Assembly: GCA_027623195.1 (NCBI GenBank)
Contig: JAQBUT010000047.1
Span: forward strand, 1 to 12,006
DNA: 12,006 nucleotides
Source of the DNA: Chloroflexota bacterium
GTDB taxonomy: Bacteria > Chloroflexota > Dehalococcoidia > Lucifugimonadales > JADFKI01
Direction of reading: 5' to 3'
Positions 1 through 7,519 of this stretch are shown one piece after another. The number at the start of each line of letters is the position of its first letter. The stretch's first letter is position 1. Under the pieces are notes generated by a model, which was not told the origin of the DNA, did not search any database, and saw only the letters and a program-made list of their open reading frames with translations. The position numbers and the translations under genes are program-made.

Positions 1-1
1 G

Positions 2-610
2 TTCAATGCTGTAGCTGGCATTCTTCCGTTGCAGACGGGGCGTGTGCTGATTTATGGCGTCCCTCCGGACAAGTCCAAAGGTAGGATTGCCTACGTCCCT
101 CAACGGGAAGAGGTCAATTGGCGATTCCCGTTGACCGCTGTGGATGTGGTGCTGTTAGGGCGCAGCCGCAAGGTGGGCTGGCTCCGTAGGGCTGGTAAGA
201 AAGATACGGCAATTGTCGAATCTTCCCTGAAGCGGGTAGGCATGTGGGATGAGCGGTCATCCCTTATTAACGAGCTTTCGGGTGGCCAGCGACAGAGAGT
301 CTTCGTAGCCCGGGCCTTGGCCCAGGAGGCAGATATTCTGCTATTGGATGAAGCCTTTAGCGGGGTAGACGTAGCCTCTCAGGAGGGGCTGGTGACGGTG
401 CTGCGCGGTTTGCGAGACGATGGCAAGACGATTCTCATGGCAACGCACGACCTGACGAACATGGCCGAGCGTTTCGATGAAGTTCTGGCCATCAACCATC
501 ACGTATGCGCATTTGGTTCGCCAGAGACTGCCTTTACGCCGGAGGTTCTGGAAGAGCTTTACGGGGCGCACGGAGTGGTCTTCGGTAACGGTGGGGGACA
601 TCACGCTTAG
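2..610 (+). CDS. Zn/Mn (ZnuC/MntA/TroB-type) ABC transporter ATP-binding subunit, 5' end outside the window
   Basis: The frame is open from position 2 (FNAVAGILPLQTGRVLIYG...), so the track's TTG start at 29 is internal and Walker A lies upstream. Motifs: Q-loop AYVPQR, signature LSGGQRQR, Walker B LLLDE, D-loop SGVD, H-switch ATHD, family-typical VNWRFP, C-terminal GGGHHA. Confidence 0.93.
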   Translation, partial: FNAVAGILPLQTGRVLIYGVPPDKSKGRIAYVPQREEVNWRFPLTAVDVVLLGRSRKVGWLRRAGKKDTAIVESSLKRVGMWDERSSLINELSGGQRQRVFVARALAQEADILLLDEAFSGVDVASQEGLVTVLRGLRDDGKTILMATHDLTNMAERFDEVLAINHHVCAFGSPETAFTPEVLEELYGAHGVVFGNGGGHHA

Positions 611-1435
611 ATGGAAGCCGCACTAACCGCGATACTCGCCCCTTTTAGCTACAGCTTCATGCTGCGCGCGCTAATCGTATCTGTCATGGTTGGCGTAATG
701 TGCCCAATCCTTGGAGCCTACGTCGTTACCAGGAGCCTGGGATTTATGGGCGATGCGCTCGCTCACGCTGTGCTGCCCGGTATGGTTATTGCATTTATGC
801 TTGGCGTTAGCCCGTTCTTTGGCGCTGTGCCGACCGGTATTGCGGTGGCGATCCTGGTGGGATACCTGAGCCGCAAGGCGGGCCTGAGCGAGGATACCAC
901 CATAGGCATACTTTTCGCCGGACTTTTTGCTTTAGGTCTCGCGCTTATGACGGTGGCCCGAGGACTTCCGGTGGACATCGAGGACGTGCTTCTGGGGCAG
1001 GTGCTGGCCGTATCCAATGCAGATGTTGCGGCCACTTTGGCACTAGCCGCCACCGTGATTGTGGTGCTTTACGCCTTCCACAAGGAGCTGGTCTTTAACA
1101 GCTTCGACCCTACCGGGGCCAAGGTGATAGGCCTTCCCACCCGTGCGTTGGATTACCTTCTGCTGGTTTTGCTGGCGCTGGTTATCATAATAGCATTGCA
1201 GGCTGTAGGCATCGTTCTGGTCATCGCCATGCTTATAACCCCGTCTGCGACCGCATTTTTGCTGGTAAGGCGTTTTACATCGGCCATGGCGCTGGGGGCT
1301 GTCATAGGCGCTGGATCGGCGGTGGTGGGTCTGTACATATCGTTCTATTTGAACCTGCCATCCGGCCCTGCGATGACTCTGGTGGCTACGGCGGTGTTCG
1401 TCGTTGTGGCGGCATTACGCAGAAGGGTGGCCTGA
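611..1435 (+). CDS. Zn/Mn ABC transporter permease (ZnuB/MntB, ABC-3 family)
   Basis: Hydrophobic multi-TM protein with GDALAHAVLPG, EDTTIGILF, SFDP, LQAVGIVLVIAMLITP and PSGPA motifs. Its ATG immediately follows the ATPase TAG (608-610). Confidence 0.95.
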   Translation: MEAALTAILAPFSYSFMLRALIVSVMVGVMCPILGAYVVTRSLGFMGDALAHAVLPGMVIAFMLGVSPFFGAVPTGIAVAILVGYLSRKAGLSEDTTIGILFAGLFALGLALMTVARGLPVDIEDVLLGQVLAVSNADVAATLALAATVIVVLYAFHKELVFNSFDPTGAKVIGLPTRALDYLLLVLLALVIIIALQAVGIVLVIAMLITPSATAFLLVRRFTSAMALGAVIGAGSAVVGLYISFYLNLPSGPAMTLVATAVFVVVAALRRRVA

Positions 1436-1455
1436 GTTTAAGTAAGGGAGAAGTC

Positions 1456-1899
1456 TCAGGGGGCAGACTTGGCAAGGCAGTCTTCGCAAACGATATGAAA
1501 TTCTATGCTGTGGCCAACTATATCGCCGGAGATGTCCTCGCCTATGGTACGGAGTAGGCGCTCGATAGTGGATGCGCGGAACTCGCCCACACGTCCGCAT
1601 TTAACGCAGAGCGTGTGATGGTGATGCTCAGCGCGGGCCAGGCTGTACTTGGCTGCCCCATCAGGGAAAGAGAGCTTGCAGACCACACCAGTTTCCACCA
1701 GTAGCTTGATCGTTCGGTAGACAGTGGCGCGACCGACGTTCGGCAGTTCCCCACAGATCTCCTCGGTGCTAAAGCCTTCCCCCTTGCTGTCCAGTAGAGC
1801 GATAACGCTCCGACGAGGGCCCGTCAACCTATAGCCCTGGTCTTCCAAAACGGTAAGTAGGTCTGGCCTGGCTGGGAGGCTGGTCTGCTCAGCAGTCAC
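1456..1899 (-). CDS. Fur-family metalloregulator (Zur-like by context)
   Basis: Motifs GYRLTGPR, ATVYRTIKLL helix, HHHHTLCVKCG and C-terminal CEDC. I moved the start from the track's TTG at 1929 to the GTG at 1899 because GGAGGAG lies just upstream of it on the minus strand. Confidence 0.9.
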   Translation of the reverse strand: MTAEQTSLPARPDLLTVLEDQGYRLTGPRRSVIALLDSKGEGFSTEEICGELPNVGRATVYRTIKLLVETGVVCKLSFPDGAAKYSLARAEHHHHTLCVKCGRVGEFRASTIERLLRTIGEDISGDIVGHSIEFHIVCEDCLAKSAP

Positions 1900-1948
1900 C
1901 GGAAGAAGTCTCCTCCGACGGGCATTCAAGTGATACTAGGCTTGAATC

Positions 1949-1978
1949 ACCTTAGCATCCAATCCCTGGGGTAGTCAA
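1949..1978 (-). promoter_or_regulatory. Putative sigma70-type promoter of the Fur-family gene
   Basis: Minus strand reads TTGACT-N18-TAAGGT with an extended -10 TG (TGcTAAGGT), ~50 bp upstream of the proposed start. Confidence 0.5.
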
Positions 1979-2002
1979 AGGTTACCGGCGTCAGTCAGTG
2001 CC

Positions 2003-2197
2003 CTACGTTGATTTCATAGACGGGCATTTCTTATCCGCGTACGAACAGAACACGCAGCAGTCGCCTTCTTTGGGCCGGAGCACGGCCCGACAACTGACAC
2101 ACTCATAAAAGAACTGGCAGGAGTCTATAGGCATGTCCGCCTCTTGCACGGTGCCGCACTGAGGACACGTTAGATTGGCTTTCGTATCAATGGGCAT
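2003..2197 (-). CDS. GDCCVxC-domain small Cys-rich protein (64 aa, 9 Cys)
   Basis: MPIDTKANLTCPQCG...MPIDSCQFFYECVSC...LRPKEGDCCVFCSYADKKCP matches the GDCCVxC family pattern. The ATG at 2197 is preceded by GAGGA, which I favour over the track's TTG at 2257. Confidence 0.88.
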   Translation of the reverse strand: MPIDTKANLTCPQCGTVQEADMPIDSCQFFYECVSCRAVLRPKEGDCCVFCSYADKKCPSMKST

Positions 2198-2329
2198 CTG
2201 CCTGTATTCCTCTACCCTCGGGCCATCAATAAAAGACTTTGACAGGCGCCGGATCAACGCAGGTGGAATCGCACGCGTGCAGGTCTACGGCACTATCCCG
2301 TGCCCGCGTTCCAGTAGATCGGATGATAT

Positions 2330-3013
2330 CTAGCTAGTGGCCCAGTCGATACCGTTCAACACCAGCTTCTGGAATTCAGGCGTCTCGAAGCTCTGGCCGT
2401 TATGCCCCAGTAGGGTCACGAAGACCTTGCCCTGCCCAAATGAACGGGTCCAGCCTAGTGGAAATGTTCCGCCTGCCATGAACTTGGGCGAGCCGCCCCT
2501 GGAAGGCCACACATGAGTGCTTTCCTCGGCGTCGCCCGTAAGAAAGACATCGTTGCCGTCCCCCCGATACTCGATGCCCATGTAAAGCTCGTCGTTAGTA
2601 ACGAAGTCTGAAATGCCTTTTGCTCCGGGATGGGCAGAGTTTTTGACGTTAACCTTGAACTGCCCATAAGGTGGGTGGTAGCTTTCGCCGGAAATCCATC
2701 CGCCGCCGGTGATGTCGTAGTACTCTCGCCATTCAGGTGGCGCAGCGCCGGCGATATGAATGCAGACGAAGCCTTTGCCGCCCTTGATGAACTCGGTCAT
2801 GCCGGAGCGTTCGGCCTCCGACATAGTCATGTCGCCATCGCGCTTCGTATTGAATACCAGAGCGTCGAAACCCGCCATGCGACCGGCGTCCGCGAGCACA
2901 CTGGCGTCCTCCGTGATTTCAAACTGGTGTCCCGCCCCCCTGAGGAAGGTTTCCAGAACCGGAGTGGACTCCTCATAAGGGTGAGGTCCGCCGGATAAGA
3001 CTAGTAAATTCAT
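2330..3013 (-). CDS. ThuA-like domain protein (class I glutamine amidotransferase-like fold)
   Basis: Motifs LLVLSGGPHPY, GGKGFVCIH, HP...F.V....HP, DELY, PLGWTRSFGQGKVFVTLLGH and NGIDWA are characteristic of ThuA-domain proteins. Confidence 0.88.
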   Translation of the reverse strand: MNLLVLSGGPHPYEESTPVLETFLRGAGHQFEITEDASVLADAGRMAGFDALVFNTKRDGDMTMSEAERSGMTEFIKGGKGFVCIHIAGAAPPEWREYYDITGGGWISGESYHPPYGQFKVNVKNSAHPGAKGISDFVTNDELYMGIEYRGDGNDVFLTGDAEESTHVWPSRGGSPKFMAGGTFPLGWTRSFGQGKVFVTLLGHNGQSFETPEFQKLVLNGIDWATS

Positions 3014-3071
3014 GAAATTCCGCCTGTAGCGTCTTCTTTATTTGAAGGCGCCTTGTTCGTCGATGGCTGCA

Positions 3072-3100
3072 AGTTTATCACCCAGGAATATCCTGGTCAA
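3072..3100 (-). promoter_or_regulatory. Putative sigma70-type promoter of the ThuA-like gene with an overlapping inverted repeat
   Basis: Minus strand reads TTGACC-N17-TAAACT with an extended -10 TG. The inverted repeat CCAGGA-ATA-TCCTGG (3082-3096) covers the spacer and the edge of the -35. Confidence 0.6.
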
Positions 3101-3235
3101 GGAATGTTGTAAGTCTGTAAATTCAGTACCTCGACATAACCAATAGTGATGTTGTTGTCGTTTCAAGGGCCTTACGATGCGTCCAATTTCAGATAAGAAC
3201 ATAAACAGAAAACCCTCTTTGGAAGGAGAATTCTC

Positions 3236-3672
3236 GTGGAGCCTCAACAGATTACGCTGGTGCAGGAAAGCTGGGATAAGGTGGTCCCGATAGCAGACAA
3301 AGCTGCGGAGCTCTTCTACGGAAAGCTTTTCGAGATGGACCCTTCCGTCGAAGCCTTGTTTGAGATCGAAGCCGAGGAGCAGGGCAAAAGCTAATGAAAA
3401 CCATCAACTTGGCAGTTCGTGGCTTGAACAAGCCTGAGGCGCTTGTCCTGGTCTTAAAGGAGTTGGGACGCCGCCATCTAAACTACGGGGTGCAAGACGA
3501 GCACTACGACACCGTCGCCGGGGCGCTGCTCTGGACCCTGGAACAGGGTTTGGGTGAGGCCTTCACAGACGAAGTTAAGGAGGCCTGGACCGCAGCCTAC
3601 GTGCTAATGGCAGGCGTAATGAAAGACGCTGCCGCTGCCGTTAACTCCGAGCATGCAGGGCTGGAAGCCTAG
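3236..3672 (+). pseudogene. Single-domain globin (flavohemoglobin/Vgb-like, no reductase domain), split by a 1-nt frameshift at ~3386-3389
   Basis: AAGGAG SD, then GTG at 3236: (M)EPQQITLVQESWDKVVPIADKAAELFYGKLFEMDPSVEALFEIEAEEQGKS*, stop 3392-3394. It continues in another frame as MKTINLAV...LGRRHLNYGVQDEHYDTVAGALLWTLEQGLG...AWTAAY. One extra A in GGCAAAAGCTAATG restores EEQGKKLMKTI and a 145-aa globin with TyrB10, PheCD1, GlnE7 and HisF8. It may be an intact gene with a sequencing error. Confidence 0.9.
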
Positions 3673-3693
3673 TTTAATAAGCACTGGTTAAAT

Positions 3694-3733
3694 AAAACGC
3701 CGGGTTCCCTTCTTAGGGTAACCCGGCGTTTTT
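3694..3733. terminator. Bidirectional Rho-independent terminator
   Basis: AAAACGCCGGGTT-CCCT-tctt-AGGG-t-AACCCGGCGTTTTT forms a long stem flanked by A and T tracts, between the convergent globin (+) and NHL (-) genes. Confidence 0.88.
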
Positions 3734-3767
3734 GTTTACCTAAAATTCAGAGGGTTTTGACCTTGAC

Positions 3768-4790
3768 CTACTTGACCACCCTGATGCGGTGATTCTCGCT
3801 GTCGGCTATGTACATTGCGTCGTGACTATCGGCAACGATGCCATGAGGCCTGGCTAAACCTGCCTGGAGGGCATCACCGCCATCCCCTTCCGTACCCCTG
3901 TGACCGCCGGCAACAGTGTCGATAATGCCAGTTGATACGTCCAACTTGCGGATCGCATGGTTTTCCGTATCCACGATGAGCACATTGCCCTGTCTGTCAC
4001 ATCGGATTGCCTTTGGCCCGTTGAATACGACGCCAATGGCTGGCCCACCGTCGCCGGAGTAGCCCTTTTCGCCATTTCCGGCTATCAATGTGATGATCCC
4101 CGATGCGTCCACTTTACGTAGGGTGCCGCCCTCTCGCTCGCATATGTATGTGTTGCCCTTGCCGTCCGCGCAGATGGCTCTCGCACCGAAAATACCGGCC
4201 TCAGTGGCCTTGCCTCCATCGCCGGTGTGCTCTTTTTCGCCGGTGCCTGCAAACGTGGTCATCAGTCCGCTGGCCAGGTCCAACCTGCGAACCCGCTGGT
4301 CCTGAATATCTGCGATCAGCAGGCCACCAACGCCGTCTAACACACAGTCGTTGGGCTCTCGCATCTGGGCCTGGGTTGCGGGTCCGCCGTCCCCGCTGTA
4401 GCCTACGGTGCCGTTGCCCGCCACGGTAGTGATGGTGCCGGTGCCTACATCGACCTTCCTTATCGAAGGGTTGAAACGCTGCAGCAGGTAGACGTGCCCC
4501 TGGGTATCAACCTGAATAGCGTAAATCTCGTCTATGCTGGCCTCGGTGGCCGGGCCGCCGTCTCCGGTGTAACCTTGCTCGCCATTACCAGCGAAGGTTG
4601 TGATTTCGCCGCTCTGCATGTCTACCCTGCGTACCCTGTAGTTAAAGCAGTCCGCGATGTACAGGTAGTGTTCCTGGGGGTCGAACTCTACGTGAAAGGG
4701 ATTGTCCATCAGGGCCGAGGTGGCCCGCCCGCCATCGCCCGCGTAGCCCTGCATGCCGTTTCCTGCCAAGCTGCTGATTCTTAAAGCCAT
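3768..4790 (-). CDS. NHL-repeat six-bladed beta-propeller protein (340 aa)
   Basis: Six repeats of AG(N/T/G)..G.(S/T/A)GDGG.A..A....P......G..YIAD..N..IR. The likely start is the ATG at 4790 (MALRISSLAGNG), preceded by GAGGT. The track's extra 50 N-terminal residues are non-repeat and probably not real. Confidence 0.9.
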   Translation of the reverse strand: MALRISSLAGNGMQGYAGDGGRATSALMDNPFHVEFDPQEHYLYIADCFNYRVRRVDMQSGEITTFAGNGEQGYTGDGGPATEASIDEIYAIQVDTQGHVYLLQRFNPSIRKVDVGTGTITTVAGNGTVGYSGDGGPATQAQMREPNDCVLDGVGGLLIADIQDQRVRRLDLASGLMTTFAGTGEKEHTGDGGKATEAGIFGARAICADGKGNTYICEREGGTLRKVDASGIITLIAGNGEKGYSGDGGPAIGVVFNGPKAIRCDRQGNVLIVDTENHAIRKLDVSTGIIDTVAGGHRGTEGDGGDALQAGLARPHGIVADSHDAMYIADSENHRIRVVK

Positions 4791-4948
4791 TGGTATTGGG
4801 TACCTCGTGTCTGTGGAATAATTAGCCATGTGAAGGTCTAGGTGGGCAACCAGTTTAGGCTGCCCGGCAAGCCCCCGGATGGCGTGCTCCATTTTAGCCC
4901 ACTGAGATGCCCGGTAACAATATGACCTCAATTGCCGCATACGGGCGA

Positions 4949-7451
4949 CTAAGAGGCGATATTGCCGCCCGAGAGGTGCAATTCTCTTACAGCACTCTCT
5001 ATGCCTCTGGTGGCCTCCTCGTACGTCGTGCCTGGGGTGAAAGTGATTGGTTTACCGAACTGAACTGTGACGTGCTCACGGAAGGGGAACCATCTGCTTC
5101 CGCGCCGCTTTGTGCAGGTCAGGCCTACGGGCACCACCGGTGTGTTGGACTCAACGCAGAGTAGCCCTGTGCCGCTCTGGAACTTCAGCATGGGCTGGCC
5201 TACATGCTGGTCACCCTCCGGGAATATGACGACGTTCCAACCGGAGTCCATCATGTGGCCAAGATGCTCCAGGCTGGGGCGAATTGCGTTTTCGCGTGAA
5301 AGAGGGAAGGCGTTGGCCACCACGTAGGCCGCGGTGCCCAGCCATTTCTTCGCAAAAGTAATCTCTGCCGCTGCCGCAAATGAGAGCTGACGCCTGTACT
5401 TGCGTGGCGTTACTTTGGTAATGACTAAGCTGTCCCACTGGATTGCATTGTGGTTGGCAGCAAATAAAGAGGGCCCGTGGAGAGACGCTAGATTCTCCGT
5501 TCCGGACTTGGTGGCCTTGTACATTATCGTGAGTATCGGGAAAGGCAGGGAATGGTGTAGTAGTTCCCTGACCCATTTAAACCAGAGAGTTATGGGCCAC
5601 TTGTAAAATCGTGGCAGATTCGCCGTGGCCTCCTGCTGCGAATCGATCATGACTTCCAACTGGGCCACCGTAGTCGGGGACGATACCAGCGACTCGTCTA
5701 TGTACACCCCCAGTTCCTGCTCTATGGAAGAGAGAAGCTCCACGCGGCCCAACGAATCGAGACCCAGGTCGTTGCCGACTGTCATGCCCGGCGTTATTTC
5801 CAACGCAGGAATGCCGGACACCCTGGCCAACAGGCCAAGCAGCGTCACCGGGCCAGCGTTGCCACTGGATTGAACGGCCACGGCCGATTCCGAATTGCCC
5901 GCGGCCAAATTCGACAAGTACTCGATAACGTCGTTCTTCTTGACCTTTAGCGTGTGAGTGCGCGGGAAGTCTTCCTCCGGCCAGATGGTGAAGCCCCGGA
6001 TCTGCTGGTGCTCGGTCATGCGCTGATTAACGGCCTCGACGGCGGACGCCGCGCCGTCGGCATTGGCAACCAGCGCCGCGTGAACCTCCTGGCCTGATGA
6101 GCCGGGCATGCCCACGACGGCTGCATCGGTTACGCCGGTTTCCTGTCTCAGTTCAGCTTCAATGTCGTCGGGAATGACGTTCTGGCCATTGGGCAGCACT
6201 ATTATGTCTTTTTTGCGGCCCATGATGTGCAGGAAGCCCTCGTCATCCACGAATCCGATATCGCCGGACTTATACCACGCGCCGTCGAATGCCTCGGCAG
6301 TATGATCTGGGGCCTGCCAGTAGCCGGGCGTGATATTGTCACCGCGTCTCTGAATTTCGCCGTCATCTGCAATTCGGACCTCGACACCGGGTAGAGGGCG
6401 GCCTACAGAGTCGAATCTGGGTTCTTTTACAGTGTGGGAGCTAATACCGGGCGACGCTTCTGTTGCGCCATAGCCTTGGAGTACTTTCACACCGATTAGG
6501 TTCCACTTCTGGCCCATGTCTGCGTCGAGGGCTGCACCACCGGACACGATGTACTCCAGATGGCCCCCAAAGCGAGCGTGTACTTTCTTGAATAATCGGC
6601 GTCGAATTGGATGGGGCAAATGCTTGGCCAGAGACAGCATCCTAAGCCAGATTGTGGTCTTGCCCTGGCGCTCCACTTCAGCCTCGATGCCGTTCATGAA
6701 CAGCTCCAAGGCCTGAGGCACCAGGAGCATCATCGTTAACTTGCGTTCCTGCATTATTTTGAACAGGATGGTGGGCTGCCGGCTAATGGCAAACGTAATG
6801 CTGGCTCCGCCGCCTAGCCCCATTATCATGCAGCCCATTTGCTCGAACATGTGGCTTAATGGGAGCAGGGAGAGCAGTCGATACCCACGGGGGTTGGGAA
6901 TTACATGCTGGAGGATGGAGCCGAGATTGGCCATCAGGTTGCCGTGCGTGAGCATAACCCCTTTGGGATCGCCGGTGGTCCCGGACGTGTACATGATTTC
7001 CGCCACGTCGTCGGAAGACAGCGGCACCTCTGAAGGCTCTGGTAGCTGATAGGTCAGCGCTTCCAGGTTCTCGAAGTGTAAGGCGGGTATTCCAAGCGGC
7101 TCTGTGTCAAAGGCTGGCATGCTTGAAGTAAGCGCCAACACTGGCTGAGACTGGTTGACGACGTGCCGCAGGAAATCCTGGGTGGACCTGATGTCGATGG
7201 GAACGATAATGGCCCCTGCGCGAACGCATCCAAAGAACGCGAACACCCATTGTGGGCAGTTGGGCCCCCAGATAATCACCCTGTCGCCCTTCTGGATACC
7301 CTTGCTTTGTAGGAGGGTGGCGACGCGACCACTGACTTCCCAAAGCTCCTGGTAGCTGGTGACGGGGTAGCGGAATCCGGGCTTGAACAGCAGGGCTGGA
7401 GGAATACTTCTCAGAAGATTCCCTCAGCATGTCGGATAGTGTTTGGAGCAT
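4949..7451 (-). pseudogene. Long-chain acyl-AMP/CoA ligase - acyl carrier (PP-binding) - PlsC-type acyltransferase fusion (Aas-like function), frameshifted near 7392-7402
   Basis: AMP-binding motifs YTSGTTGDPKG, GYGATE, SGDIG, GRKKD and TLKVK; phosphopantetheine motif LGLDSLGRVEL; acyltransferase motifs AANH...D and FPEG. The main frame is open upstream of the track start to PALLFKPGFRYPVTSYQELW...KGDRVIIW, but the SD-preceded ATG at 7451 (MLQTLSDMLRESSEKYSSSPA) is in a different frame. It may be intact in vivo. Confidence 0.88.
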
Positions 7452-7478
7452 TTGGGGTGTCTCCAATCTATTCCCGGC

Positions 7479-7510
7479 GAGGCACCTGTCGATTATTCAA
7501 CAGGTGCCTC
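7479..7510 (-). other. Intercistronic stem-loop between typA and the acyl ligase fusion
   Basis: On the minus-strand RNA, GAGGCACCUGUUGA-AUAA-UCGACAGGUGCCUC forms a 14-bp stem with one G-U pair. No U-tract follows. Confidence 0.7.
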
Positions 7511-7519
7511 ATGAAGAGA

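Noticed and set aside
2003..2197. Selenoprotein
   Set aside because: There is no in-frame TGA, all motif positions are Cys, and the gene ends in TAG.
3380..3396. Programmed -1 ribosomal frameshift in the globin
   Set aside because: The in-frame codons CAG GGC AAA AGC do not form an X XXY YYZ or A AAG slippery site in the needed phase, and an A4 run is short for transcriptional slippage.
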